64,000 bases of DNA from Pseudomonadota bacterium. Lineage in GTDB: Bacteria > Pseudomonadota > Alphaproteobacteria > Rhizobiales > Xanthobacteraceae. The notes beneath the pieces were generated by a model, which was not told where the DNA came from, ran no database searches, and worked only from the letters and a program-made list of their open reading frames with translations. The DNA lies in NCBI GenBank assembly GCA_023422775.1, contig JAFAGM010000005.1, positions 24,310-88,309 of the forward strand. The letters run 5' to 3'. Within the stretch, counting starts at the first letter, position 1; each line of letters opens with the position of its first letter. Shown here one piece after another: positions 38,671 through 48,225 of this stretch. Position numbers and translations under genes: made by a program.

Positions 38671-39990
38671 CTAGTTCTTTTCGATCCGTATCACCTGCGG
38701 CCGGCCGCTGATCACCTTGTCGCGCTGCACCGCCTCCAGGGCGCGATAGACCGCGTCCTCCGACGTTGCATAGGTAATCAGGATGACCGGAACCGGCGAT
38801 CCCTTCTTCGTGGCGCCGTTGGCGTCGACACCCTCGGGGTGGCGCTGCACGATCGACTCCAGCGAGATCTTCTGTTCGGCAAGGCGAGTGGCGATGGTAG
38901 CGGCAGTGCCGGCAAGGTCGCGCGCCATCAGGCGGATGTAGTAGCCGCCTTCGTGGCGCTCCATCGGCGCCTTGGTGGTCGAGTGCAGCCGGTCGACGGG
39001 ACGGCCGAACGGCTTTGCGCGGATGCCGCGCGCCACGTCGGCGATATCGGCAAGCACGGCGGACGCGGTCGCAGCCCCGCCGGCGCCCGGCCCCACCAGC
39101 GTGATCGGCGGAATGCCCTCGCCATCGATGGTCACGGCGTTGGTCACGCCCATCACCTGCGCGATCGAGGATGATTTCGGCACCATGGTCGGATGCACGC
39201 GCTGCTCGATGCCCTTGGCGGTGCGCACCGCAACGCCAAGCAGTTTTACGCGGTAGCCGAGTTCTTCGGCCGCGCGCAGGTCTTCCGGCGCGATCGAGGA
39301 GATGCCCTCGACATAGACCGCGCTCTGCGCCACCTTGGTGCCGAAGGCGAGGCTGGCAAGGATCGCAAGTTTCTGCGCGGTGTCGTGACCATCGACGTCG
39401 AACGTCGGATTGGCTTCGGCATAGCCGAGCCGCTGCGCATCCTTCAGGCATTCGGCAAACGATAGACCCTCCTGCTCCATCCGGGTCAGGATGTAATTGC
39501 AGGTGCCGTTGAGGATGCCATAGACGCGGTTGATGCCGGTACCGGCAAGGCCCTCGCGCAAGGTCTTGATGACCGGAATGGCCGCTCCGACCGCCGCCTC
39601 GTAGTTCAGCGCGACGCCATGGTTTTCGGCGGCCTTCGCCAGCCGCACGCCATGCTTGGCGATCAGCGCCTTGTTGGCGGTCACCACCGACTTGCCCGCC
39701 TTCAGCGCGGCCTCGATCGCCGAGAGCGCCGGTTCGCCCGCACCGCCCATCAGTTCGACGAAGCAATCGACGCGCGGATCGGTGGCCAGCGCCAGCGGGC
39801 TCTTGACCCACTCGACACCGCGCAGATCGATCGAGCGCTTCTTCGCCTTCGAGCGCGCGGTGACGGCCACGACGCGCACGCCACGTCCGCAGCGCGCCGA
39901 CAACGTCCGCGCCTGCTCTTCGATGAGGCGGACGACTTCGGCGCCAACGGTGCCGAGCCCCGCAATGCCCACTCCCAGGGGTGCGACCAT
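38671..39990 (-). CDS. hom: Homoserine dehydrogenase with C-terminal ACT domain
   Basis: GLGTVG, VTANK, YEAAV, GILNGTCNYIL and GPGAG motifs. Confidence 0.96.
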   Translation of the reverse strand: MVAPLGVGIAGLGTVGAEVVRLIEEQARTLSARCGRGVRVVAVTARSKAKKRSIDLRGVEWVKSPLALATDPRVDCFVELMGGAGEPALSAIEAALKAGKSVVTANKALIAKHGVRLAKAAENHGVALNYEAAVGAAIPVIKTLREGLAGTGINRVYGILNGTCNYILTRMEQEGLSFAECLKDAQRLGYAEANPTFDVDGHDTAQKLAILASLAFGTKVAQSAVYVEGISSIAPEDLRAAEELGYRVKLLGVAVRTAKGIEQRVHPTMVPKSSSIAQVMGVTNAVTIDGEGIPPITLVGPGAGGAATASAVLADIADVARGIRAKPFGRPVDRLHSTTKAPMERHEGGYYIRLMARDLAGTAATIATRLAEQKISLESIVQRHPEGVDANGATKKGSPVPVILITYATSEDAVYRALEAVQRDKVISGRPQVIRIEKN

Positions 39991-40069
39991 GACTAAAAGA
40001 ACCTGCAAAAGACGCCATGCAAAGGCATGACCTGATCCGAAAACCACAAAACCATTTTCGGGGTCATGC

Positions 40070-41290
40070 CTAGCGCCGGTTGGCGAGAGGAACCACGTTG
40101 TGCAACGTTTCAATGCCGCTTTCAAGGAAGCGGCGCACACCGCGCGCGGCCTGGCGGATACGCTGCTCGTTTTCCACCATGGCGATGCGGACATAACCCT
40201 CACCGTGCTCGCCGAAGGCGACGCCGGGCGAAACCACCACGCCTGACTTCTCCACCATCAGGGTTGCGAACTGCATGCTGCCGACGCTTTCGAACGCTTT
40301 CGGCAACGGCGCCCACGCAAACATCGAAGCCTGCGGCGGCGGAATTTCCCAACCCGCCCGGCCAAACGATTCCACCAGCGCGTCGCGGCGCTTGCGGTAG
40401 GTGTCGCGCATTTCCTTGATGCAATCGTCCGGCCCGTTCAGTGCGGCGGTGGCGGCGACCTGGACCGGCGTGAACGCGCCGTAGTCGAGATAGGATTTCA
40501 CCCGCGCAAGTGCTGCGATGATCCGCTCGTTGCCGACGGCAAACCCCATGCGCCAGCCGGCCATCGAGAACGTCTTCGACATCGAGGTGAACTCGACGGT
40601 GACGTCGATCGCGCCCGGCACCTGCAGCACCGAGGGCGGCGGGTTCTTTTCGTCGAAATAGACCTCGGCATAGGCCAGATCCGACAGGATGAAGATCTCG
40701 TGCTTCTTCGCGAACGCCACCAGATCCTTGTAGAAATCGAGCTCCGCGACGTAGGCGGTCGGGTTGGAGGGATAGCAGACCACGAGCGCCAATGGTTTCG
40801 GGATCGAATGGATGATCGCGCGCTCCACCGCCTCGAAAAACCGCGGCGTCGGTTCCGACGGCACGGAGCGGATCACGCCGCCCGCCATCAGGAAGCCGAA
40901 GGCGTGAATGGGGTAACTGGGATTGGGACAGAGCACGACGTCGCCGGGTGCGGTGATCGCCTGCGCCACGTTGGCAAAGCCTTCCTTCGAGCCGAGCGTG
41001 GCGACGACCTGGGTATCCGGATTGAGTTTCACGCCGAACCGCCGCGCATAGTAGGCCGCTTGCGCCTTGCGCAGGCCGTTGATGCCGCGCGAGGCCGAAT
41101 AGCGATCGGTCCGCGGCTTGCCCAGCGTCTCCTTCAGCTTCTCGATCACGTGGGGCGGCGTCGGCAGGTCCGGATTGCCCATGCCCATGTCGATGATGTC
41201 GGCCCCGGCATTGCGCGCAGCCGCCTTGGCCTGGTTGACCTTCTCGAACACGTAAGGTGGCAGACGGCGGATGCGGTAAAAATCTTCCAT
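40070..41290 (-). CDS. PLP-dependent class I/II aminotransferase (AlaC/LL-DAP aminotransferase-like)
   Basis: GMGNPD, YPSNPT, SDLAY and SMSKTFSMAGWRMG motifs; directly upstream of hom. Confidence 0.93.
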   Translation of the reverse strand: MEDFYRIRRLPPYVFEKVNQAKAAARNAGADIIDMGMGNPDLPTPPHVIEKLKETLGKPRTDRYSASRGINGLRKAQAAYYARRFGVKLNPDTQVVATLGSKEGFANVAQAITAPGDVVLCPNPSYPIHAFGFLMAGGVIRSVPSEPTPRFFEAVERAIIHSIPKPLALVVCYPSNPTAYVAELDFYKDLVAFAKKHEIFILSDLAYAEVYFDEKNPPPSVLQVPGAIDVTVEFTSMSKTFSMAGWRMGFAVGNERIIAALARVKSYLDYGAFTPVQVAATAALNGPDDCIKEMRDTYRKRRDALVESFGRAGWEIPPPQASMFAWAPLPKAFESVGSMQFATLMVEKSGVVVSPGVAFGEHGEGYVRIAMVENEQRIRQAARGVRRFLESGIETLHNVVPLANRR

Positions 41291-41555
41291 GGAACCTTGC
41301 TCCGGGCAACCGGCAGGAAGAATCGGGAGACCTTCGCGCTGTGAAACCGAATTCTCGGACTTCGATCAAAAATCGCACTTAATCAATGATTTAGGGCGAA
41401 TTTTGGCGCAACATCCCAGGTTCTGGGCCCGCTATGCGGTTGAGTTTGATTTCTTGTACCACGGGCGCTTGGCAGCGCCAGCTTCTATAGTGTTTTCAAG
41501 TTAAAGGCTCACGAGTCCAAGTCGGCCGGTCGAAGCTCGACCGAAGACCTCCAAA

Positions 41556-41849
41556 TCACTTCTTGGCCGGTTTTGCCGGGTGCGCGGCGGTCGCCTGCCG
41601 ATCCCGGGCCGCGGTCAATTCCGCCTGAATTTTAGACAGTTCGGCCGGCTTCATCGCTTCCTCTTCGCGGTCCGGCGGCAGATCGTGGACCGGCATATAG
41701 GATCCGGCTTCCTTGGGACGTTCGGGTGCGCCTGCCGGCACGCCGACCCCGGGCATGTCGGCGATCTGGGTCGAGCAGCCGCCGAGCGCCAGTGCTGCCG
41801 CGAACAGCGCGGCGACCGACCGCAGCCTTATCGTTCGATTTGCTGGCAT
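41556..41849 (-). CDS. Small lipoprotein
   Basis: Lipobox LGGC after a hydrophobic signal peptide. Confidence 0.8.
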   Translation of the reverse strand: MPANRTIRLRSVAALFAAALALGGCSTQIADMPGVGVPAGAPERPKEAGSYMPVHDLPPDREEEAMKPAELSKIQAELTAARDRQATAAHPAKPAKK

Positions 41850-42140
41850 CCGTCCGGGAATCCCCTGCTACTCACGCAAACTCTATACATATTCTCGATC
41901 GTGTGGAGGCGCTGGTACAAGCCTTGCAACGCAAAATTGTGCCGCTCGCGTTGATTTCGTTGCTTGCCGTTACAGATCATTGCCGCCGAAACGATTGGTG
42001 CCCGGGAGCAAATCCGTCCGGTGCGGCTGCAATGTGTCGAAACACGGAAACTTTATCGCAGTGCAACAGGGTTAACCGCAAACGCCACGGCGCTAATGGG
42101 CGCGGTGACGAACCCCGAACGAACCTGTAGTGTCCATCCA

Positions 42141-43991
42141 ATGAGCGACGTCAGCACCGAAACCGGGGGCTCCAATACTCAAGGCTCCAATACCAAGGGC
42201 TCCGATACCCAGGGTCCCAAGAGCTTCAATGCCGAAGCCTTTGCCATGAACATCGCCAGGGCGATGGAGACGAGCGGCCAGGCGCTGGCGGCCTATCTCA
42301 AGCCGCGCGAGGCCGGCGAGATGGCCGACAAGCCGCCCAGCGAAATCGGTGAAATCGTCAAGACGTTCTCGCAGGTCGCCGAATACTGGCTCTCGGACAG
42401 CCAGCGCGCTGCGGACCTGCAGACGAGGATCGGCAAGGCCTACCTCGATCTCTGGGGTTCGGCGGCGCGCCGCATGGCCGGCGAGCAGGCGGGGCCTGCG
42501 ATCGAGCCGTCGCCGCGCGACAAGCGTTTCAAGGACCCCGAGTGGAAGTCGAACCAGTTCTTCGATTTCGTGCTGCAGCTTTATCTGCTCACCACGCAAT
42601 GGGCGGAATCGCTGGTGAAGAACGCCGAGGGCCTCGATCCGCACACGCGCAAGAAGGCCGAGTTCTACGTCCAGCAGATATCCAACGCGATCGCGCCGTC
42701 GAATTTCGTCTTCACCAATCCGGAAGTGCTGCGCGAGACGCTGGCGTCCAATGGCGACAACCTCGTGCGCGGCATGAAGATGCTGGCCGAAGACATCGAG
42801 GCCGGCCACGGCACGCTGCGCATCCGCCAGTCCGATCCGTCCAATCTCGAGGTCGGCGTCAACATGGCGACGACGCCCGGCAAGGTGATCTACCAGAACG
42901 ACCTGATGCAACTGATCCAGTACGCGCCGACCACGGAGACCGTGCTGCGCACGCCGCTCCTGATCGTGCCGCCATGGATCAACAAGTTCTACATTCTCGA
43001 TCTCAGGCCGGAAAAATCCTACATCAAATGGTGCGTCGATCAGGGCATCACCGTGTTCGTGATCTCCTGGGTCAATCCGGACAAGGAACTCGGCAAGAAG
43101 ACGTTCGACGACTACATGAAGCAAGGGCCGCTCACCGCGATGGACATCATCGAGAAGATGACGGGCGAGATGAAGGTTCACACCGCAGGCTACTGCGTGG
43201 GCGGCACCCTGCTCGCCTCGACGCTGGCGTGGCTCGCCGAGAAGCGGCGGCAGCGCGTGACATCAGCGACGTTCTTTGCGGCGCAGGTCGACTTCACCCA
43301 TGCCGGCGATCTGCTTGTGTTCGTCGACGAGGACCAGATCTCGGCGCTCGAACGCGACATGAAGGCTGCCGGCGTGCTCGAAGGCAGCAGGATGGCGATG
43401 GCCTTCAACATGCTGCGCTCCAACGACCTGATCTGGTCCTATGTCGTCAGCAACTACCTGAAGGGACAACCGCCCTCCTCGTTCGACCTGCTGCACTGGA
43501 ATTCCGACGCCACGCGGATGCCGGCGGCGAACCATTCCTACTACTTGCGCAACTGCTATCTGGAAAACCGGCTGACCGGCGGCAGCATGGTGCTGGACAA
43601 CACGCTGCTCGACCTGTCGAAGGTCAAGGTGCCCGTCTACAATCTGGCGACGCGCGAGGATCACATCGCACCGGCAGATTCAGTGCTGTACGGCTCGCAG
43701 TTCTTCGGCGGTCCGGTCAAATTCGTCCTGTCGGGTTCCGGTCACATCGCCGGCGTGGTCAATCCGCCGGCGGCGGGCAAGTACCAGTACTGGACCAACG
43801 ACAGCATCAGGGACGTCAAGCTCGCCGACTGGCTGAAGAGCGCCACCGAGCACAAGGGCTCGTGGTGGCCCGACTGGCTGCAATGGCTGGAGGCCATCGA
43901 CCCCGAGCGTGTTCCCGCGCGCGCCGTCGGCACCGCCGAGATGCCGCCGATCGAGGATGCGCCCGGCAGCTACGTCCGCGTCCGCGCGTAG
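42141..43991 (+). CDS. phaC: Class I poly(3-hydroxyalkanoate) synthase
   Basis: [18 protein letters not shown] lipase box, WNSD, EDHI and SGHIAGV motifs. Confidence 0.96.
   Translation: MSDVSTETGGSNTQGSNTKGSDTQGPKSFNAEAFAMNIARAMETSGQALAAYLKPREAGEMADKPPSEIGEIVKTFSQVAEYWLSDSQRAADLQTRIGKAYLDLWGSAARRMAGEQAGPAIEPSPRDKRFKDPEWKSNQFFDFVLQLYLLTTQWAESLVKNAEGLDPHTRKKAEFYVQQISNAIAPSNFVFTNPEVLRETLASNGDNLVRGMKMLAEDIEAGHGTLRIRQSDPSNLEVGVNMATTPGKVIYQNDLMQLIQYAPTTETVLRTPLLIVPPWINKFYILDLRPEKSYIKWCVDQGITVFVISWVNPDKELGKKTFDDYMKQGPLTAMDIIEKMTGEMKVHTAGYCVGGTLLASTLAWLAEKRRQRVTSATFFAAQVDFTHAGDLLVFVDEDQISALERDMKAAGVLEGSRMAMAFNMLRSNDLIWSYVVSNYLKGQPPSSFDLLHWNSDATRMPAANHSYYLRNCYLENRLTGGSMVLDNTLLDLSKVKVPVYNLATREDHIAPADSVLYGSQFFGGPVKFVLSGSGHIAGVVNPPAAGKYQYWTNDSIRDVKLADWLKSATEHKGSWWPDWLQWLEAIDPERVPARAVGTAEMPPIEDAPGSYVRVRA
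42168..42212 (+). repeat. In-frame 15-nt tandem repeat (3 copies) in the phaC 5' end
   Basis: GGCTCCAATACTCAA GGCTCCAATACCAAG GGCTCCGATACCCAG, encoding [15 protein letters not shown]. Confidence 0.85.
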
Positions 43992-44061
43992 CGCCGACTC
44001 GCGTTGTCCGGTATGATCAGCCGTCCCGTGCCGGGAATCAAGATCGTTTGAGGGGAAACCA

Positions 44062-44460
44062 ATGACACGCGAATTGTTCTGGCTGACTCTGACCGTGATT
44101 TTGACCGGACTGCTCTGGATTCCCTACATCATCAATCGCTGCCAGGTGCGCGGGCTTTCAGGCGCCATGGCCAATCCCTCGCGCAACGACAAGCCGCAAG
44201 CGGAATGGGCCAATCGCCTGATGTTCGCGCATGACAACGCGATCGAGAACTTGATCATCTTCGCGCCGCTGGTGCTGATCCTCAACGATCTCGACTATTC
44301 CACCAAATGGACCGTGATGGCCTGCGCCGTGTACTTCTGGTCCCGCGTCGCCCATCTGATCGTCTACACGCTGGGCCTGCCAGTGTTCCGAACGCTGGCC
44401 TTCACCGTCGGCTTCCTGGCGCAGGCAGTGCTGGCGCTGGCGATCTTCGGGCTGGTGTGA
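44062..44460 (+). CDS. MAPEG family membrane protein
   Basis: R..AHDNAIEN and FWSRVAH motifs; four TM segments. Confidence 0.88.
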   Translation: MTRELFWLTLTVILTGLLWIPYIINRCQVRGLSGAMANPSRNDKPQAEWANRLMFAHDNAIENLIIFAPLVLILNDLDYSTKWTVMACAVYFWSRVAHLIVYTLGLPVFRTLAFTVGFLAQAVLALAIFGLV

Positions 44461-44470
44461 GGAACGTAGC

Positions 44471-45064
44471 TCAGCCGCCCTTTTGCGCGACGACGAACAG
44501 CATCGATGCCATCCTGTCGTCAAACGCTTTGACTTCGCCGCTCTCGATCGACAGCGAACTCCATTGGCCGGCTTCCGCATAGGTGGCGCGCAGCCAGTCC
44601 GGCGAGGGATAGTTGTAGTAGCGATTGAGCGTGTCGCGGCCATCGCCGTCGCCGGTCTTGTAACTGGCGAAGAACGCGCACGTGGGTTTGAGTGCGCGCC
44701 AGATCAGCCGCAGGATGCCGGCGAGTTCGTTGCGGGGAACGTGAAGCAGGCAGGCATTGGCCCAGACGCCGTCATAGGCTTCGACCTCGTCGAGGTCATG
44801 AAACAGCAGCGTCTCGACGGTGCGGCCGAGACGCTTTGATGCGACCGCAGCCATTTCAGGCGAGCCATCGGTCGCGCGGACATCGAACCCTCGCGTCAGC
44901 ATTTCCGCGGTGTCGCCGCCGGCGCCGCATCCGAGTTCGAGAATGGAAGCGCCCGGCGGGAGCAGCGCAAGGAACGCCGTCAGCCGCGCCTGACGCGAAG
45001 TGATCTCGCGCCCGGCATAGGCCTCGGCGTTGCCGCGGTAGAACTGCAGCGTCTCTTCGTCCAC
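44471..45064 (-). CDS. Class I SAM-dependent methyltransferase
   Basis: ILELGCGAG and YDGVWANACLLH motifs. Confidence 0.9.
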   Translation of the reverse strand: MDEETLQFYRGNAEAYAGREITSRQARLTAFLALLPPGASILELGCGAGGDTAEMLTRGFDVRATDGSPEMAAVASKRLGRTVETLLFHDLDEVEAYDGVWANACLLHVPRNELAGILRLIWRALKPTCAFFASYKTGDGDGRDTLNRYYNYPSPDWLRATYAEAGQWSSLSIESGEVKAFDDRMASMLFVVAQKGG

Positions 45065-45095
45065 GGCGCACTCTCCCTGGGAAATGCCGGGCCGT

Positions 45096-46076
45096 CTACT
45101 TCTCCGGCAGGCCCAGCATCAGCCGCATGTTCTGCACGGCCGCGCCCGACGCACCCTTGCCGAGATTGTCGAGCCGCGCGACCAGCACCGCCTGGCGATG
45201 TTTTTCGCTGGCAAAGACATAGAGCTCGAGCTTGTTGGTCTCGTTGAGCGCCTCGGGCTCGATCCGCCCGCCCTTGCTTGCCGCGTTCTCGAGCGGCATC
45301 ACCGAGACGTACTTGCTTCCGGCATAGCGCTTGGCCAGCGCGGCGTGCAGGTCGGCTCCGCCGGGTTTGCCGGTCAGCGTATCGAGATGCAGCGGCACCG
45401 ACACCAGCATACCCTGCCGGTAATTGCCGACCGACGGCACGAAGATCGGCCGCCGCGTCAGCTTCGAGTAGAGTTGCGTCTCCGGCAGGTGCTTGTGCTC
45501 GAAGCCGAGACCGTACAGTTCGAACGACGGCGCGCTGCCGTCCTCGAAACTGGCGATCATCGACTTGCCGCCACCCGAATAGCCGCTCACCGCATTGATG
45601 GTGACGGGATAGTCCGGAGGCAGCAGCCCGGCATCGACCAGCGGCCGCAACAGCGCAATGCCGCCGGTCGGATAGCAGCCGGGATTGGAGACTTTTCGCG
45701 CGGCCCGGATCTTGTCGGCCTGGTCGGGTGTCAGTTCCGGAAAGCCATACGTCCAGTCGCTGGCCACTCGAAAGGCCGTCGACGCGTCGAGCACCTTGGG
45801 CGCCGAAGCGCCCATGCTGTCGATCAGCGCAACCGTTTCCTTCGCGGCGTCATCAGGAAGGCAGAGGATGACGAGGTCGACCTCGCCCAGCAACGCCCGC
45901 TTCGCGGCGGGATCCTTCCGCTTGTCCTCGGCGATGTTCTTCACGACGACGTCGTTCTGCAGGCGCAGGCGTTCCTGAATGCCAAGGCCGGTTGTTCCGG
46001 AAGCCCCGTCGACGAACACGGCGGGCTTCGTCGCAGCGCCGACGGTCTTGGGTTGCTGGCTGTCGGTGAGGGTCAT
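45096..46076 (-). CDS. argC: N-acetyl-gamma-glutamyl-phosphate reductase (type 2)
   Basis: DGASGTTG, DASTAFR, SNPGCYPTG, SGYSGGG and LDNLGKGASG motifs. Confidence 0.96.
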   Translation of the reverse strand: MTLTDSQQPKTVGAATKPAVFVDGASGTTGLGIQERLRLQNDVVVKNIAEDKRKDPAAKRALLGEVDLVILCLPDDAAKETVALIDSMGASAPKVLDASTAFRVASDWTYGFPELTPDQADKIRAARKVSNPGCYPTGGIALLRPLVDAGLLPPDYPVTINAVSGYSGGGKSMIASFEDGSAPSFELYGLGFEHKHLPETQLYSKLTRRPIFVPSVGNYRQGMLVSVPLHLDTLTGKPGGADLHAALAKRYAGSKYVSVMPLENAASKGGRIEPEALNETNKLELYVFASEKHRQAVLVARLDNLGKGASGAAVQNMRLMLGLPEK

Positions 46077-46741
46077 GGCGCGTTCCTTTCGAACTGGTTC
46101 GTTTCGTCGGCGAAGGCTTGCGGCCGCGCCTCTCTCATCAAATGCGCAATATGCCGCGCGCTGGCGTCGGCCTGCGCGGCAAGCGCCCCCGCGACCGCGG
46201 CATAGTCGATCTCGGATTTGTGCTGGTTCAGCTTGAAGCTGCCCTCGACCTCATCAACCGTCATCTCAAGACCCACGATCGCCTTCTTCATCGCTTCCAG
46301 CCGCCCGGCCGTCATCTTCGACGACAGCCACGGCTTTTTCGGCAACAGCCTGTCCTCGAACTTGGCGCTGAGCGCCTCGATCTGCCCGGCGAGTTCGTCC
46401 GCGGACATCACCCGCACCGGGCCGGTCAGGTGCACCGCCTGGTAGAGCCAGGTCGGCACCTGGTCCGGCGAAACGTACCAGTCCGGCGACACATAGGCAT
46501 CCGCGCCGTTGACGGCCAGCAGCCAGGATGTCGTTCCATCTGCGAGCTTTACCAGCGGATTGTGGCGCGCGACATGAAATGCCGCGCGCGGCGTGCCGTC
46601 ATCGGCCGAGGTCAGATAGAACGGCAGCGACGAGGCGACCGGCTTCCTGCCGTCCCACGTGCAGACGAGGCCAAAGCCGCGCGCTTCCGCGAACGCGAGG
46701 CTCGCGGCACGGTCGGATTTGAACTGAGGTGGCGTATACAT
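46073..46741 (-). CDS. PaiB-like FMN/heme-binding split-barrel protein
   Basis: MYTP..F, HVARHNP, AYVSPDWY, VPTW.Y and FKLNQ motifs; ATGA overlap with argC. Confidence 0.88.
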   Translation of the reverse strand: MYTPPQFKSDRAASLAFAEARGFGLVCTWDGRKPVASSLPFYLTSADDGTPRAAFHVARHNPLVKLADGTTSWLLAVNGADAYVSPDWYVSPDQVPTWLYQAVHLTGPVRVMSADELAGQIEALSAKFEDRLLPKKPWLSSKMTAGRLEAMKKAIVGLEMTVDEVEGSFKLNQHKSEIDYAAVAGALAAQADASARHIAHLMREARPQAFADETNQFERNAP

Positions 46742-46839
46742 CTCAAACTCCTGCTTGACGTAGGAGCCGCCAGTTCAGACCGCGTTTCTGGAAAAGGGAA
46801 GAAGCCGCGGGACCCGATCCGGCGGCAGGGGCGACAATC

Positions 46840-46914
46840 TCAGACGCAGGCGTCCGCCCATACCGCGATGATGCGGCGGCGGCGAACGATGAACATGGTC
46901 GAGGCGAAAGTCAT
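46840..46914 (-). CDS. Arg-rich leader peptide of the paiB-like/argC operon (24 aa)
   Basis: MTFASTMFIVRRRRIIAVWADACV with four consecutive CGC codons; leaderless start; attenuator pairing; not in the ORF track. Confidence 0.8.
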   Translation of the reverse strand: MTFASTMFIVRRRRIIAVWADACV

Positions 46915-46921
46915 GGGCGCG

Positions 46922-46950
46922 GCTATAAGGCCGCGCCTGGCTGACGTCAA
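46922..46950 (-). promoter_or_regulatory. Sigma70 promoter of the leaderless Arg leader transcript
   Basis: TTGACG-N17-TATAGC with ATG 7 nt downstream. Confidence 0.75.
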
Positions 46951-46959
46951 GTTTTTCCA

Positions 46960-47062
46960 CGTCATTCCGGGGCGATGCGCAGCATCGAACTATGGTGCGC
47001 AATTGCGCACCTGAGAATCTTGAGATTCCGGGGGCGCATCTTCGATGCGTCCCGGAATGACA
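46960..47062. repeat. Palindromic repeat element, copy 2 (CGTCATTCCGGGG family)
   Basis: Near-identical to 37459-37560; terminal inverted repeat GTCATTCCGGG/CCCGGAATGAC. Confidence 0.85.
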
Positions 47063-47069
47063 CCTCTCG

Positions 47070-48059
47070 TCAGATCACCGGATTCCACGGCGCCGGTACC
47101 AGCCGGTAGCCGGTGCCGTCCTTCTCGACGAAACCGTTGGCCGGGAACGGATAGTGGAAGCCCTGGACGCGCATCCTGTCGGCGACCAGCATGTCGTAGA
47201 CCCGGCGGCGGGTCTTTTCCGCCAGCGCCGGATCCTGGTCGAACATCAGGTGCCAGCTGGGGTGGGTGACGAACAGCGCCGGGTGGTTGGTGACGTCGGA
47301 CTGGATGAAGACCTTGTCGGAGCCCGACGAGAGCACATAGGAGGTGTGGCCCGGCGTATGGCCGATGGTCTCCACCGCCAGCAGTCCCGGCGCGACTTCC
47401 TTCCCCCATTCATAGGGCGTCACCTTCTTCTTCAGTCCCGCCTCGAGAACGCGCCGGGCGTTCTTGAACACGGCCTGCATCCGCCCCTCGGGCGCACGGC
47501 TCATCTCGCCGTCGTCCATGAAGTATTTCCATTCCGCCGCGGGCACCAGCACCTCGGCATTGGGGAATGCGGGGGTGTTCTCGACAGTCAGAAGCCCGTT
47601 GATGTGATCGCCATGGAAGTGCGAGATCACCACCATGTCGACCGATTTCGGATCGAAACCGGCGGCTGCCATGTTGGCGGCGAACTGGCCGACATTGCCC
47701 TTGCTGGAAGCGAACGCAGCGGCGCCGTTGCCGGTATCGACCACGATCAGCTTGCCGCCGGTGTTGATCACCAGCGGCGCGAACTGGATCGACATCCTGT
47801 CCTTCGGCATGAAGGCCTTTTCAAGCACCGCGTTGACTTCGTCCTTTTTCGCATTGAGCACGAACGTATCGGGCAGCGCGAAGTTGTTGACGCCATCGGA
47901 GATGGCCGTCACCTGGGCGTCGCCGACCTTGTAGCGATAGAAACTCGGCGCCTGCTTGTCCGCCACCGGCGCGGCCGCGCTGGCGGGCGCATTGGCCAGA
48001 AGTGGCGAAGCAGCCAGCGCAGCGGCGCCGGCAAGCGCGTGACGTCGTGACAATTCCAT
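47070..48059 (-). CDS. MBL-fold metallo-hydrolase with Tat signal
   Basis: SRRHAL twin-Arg signal; SHFHGDH, GHTPGH and GFHYPFP motifs. Confidence 0.92.
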   Translation of the reverse strand: MELSRRHALAGAAALAASPLLANAPASAAAPVADKQAPSFYRYKVGDAQVTAISDGVNNFALPDTFVLNAKKDEVNAVLEKAFMPKDRMSIQFAPLVINTGGKLIVVDTGNGAAAFASSKGNVGQFAANMAAAGFDPKSVDMVVISHFHGDHINGLLTVENTPAFPNAEVLVPAAEWKYFMDDGEMSRAPEGRMQAVFKNARRVLEAGLKKKVTPYEWGKEVAPGLLAVETIGHTPGHTSYVLSSGSDKVFIQSDVTNHPALFVTHPSWHLMFDQDPALAEKTRRRVYDMLVADRMRVQGFHYPFPANGFVEKDGTGYRLVPAPWNPVI

Positions 48060-48225
48060 TAAATGACCTCCGGGTGAGACGATGAATGTGGCAGCAGAGA
48101 TCTCCGGGCTACCGCGAATTCTACCGTCGTTTTACGGTAGCGCGACGCCGGCACGAAAGAGGTTTTAGTCCGTTGATTGTATCCATCGAGCTAACACCCT
48201 GGCTATCGGCTTATTCCAGCCTGCC

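Noticed and set aside
39991..40069. Possible Thr/Met leader peptide before hom
   Set aside because: Only 79 nt after the aminotransferase stop; no control-codon ORF or terminator seen.
46775..47002. 75-aa minus-strand ORF from the track
   Set aside because: Starts inside a palindromic repeat upstream of the promoter. The 24-aa Arg leader in another frame fits promoter and structure better.
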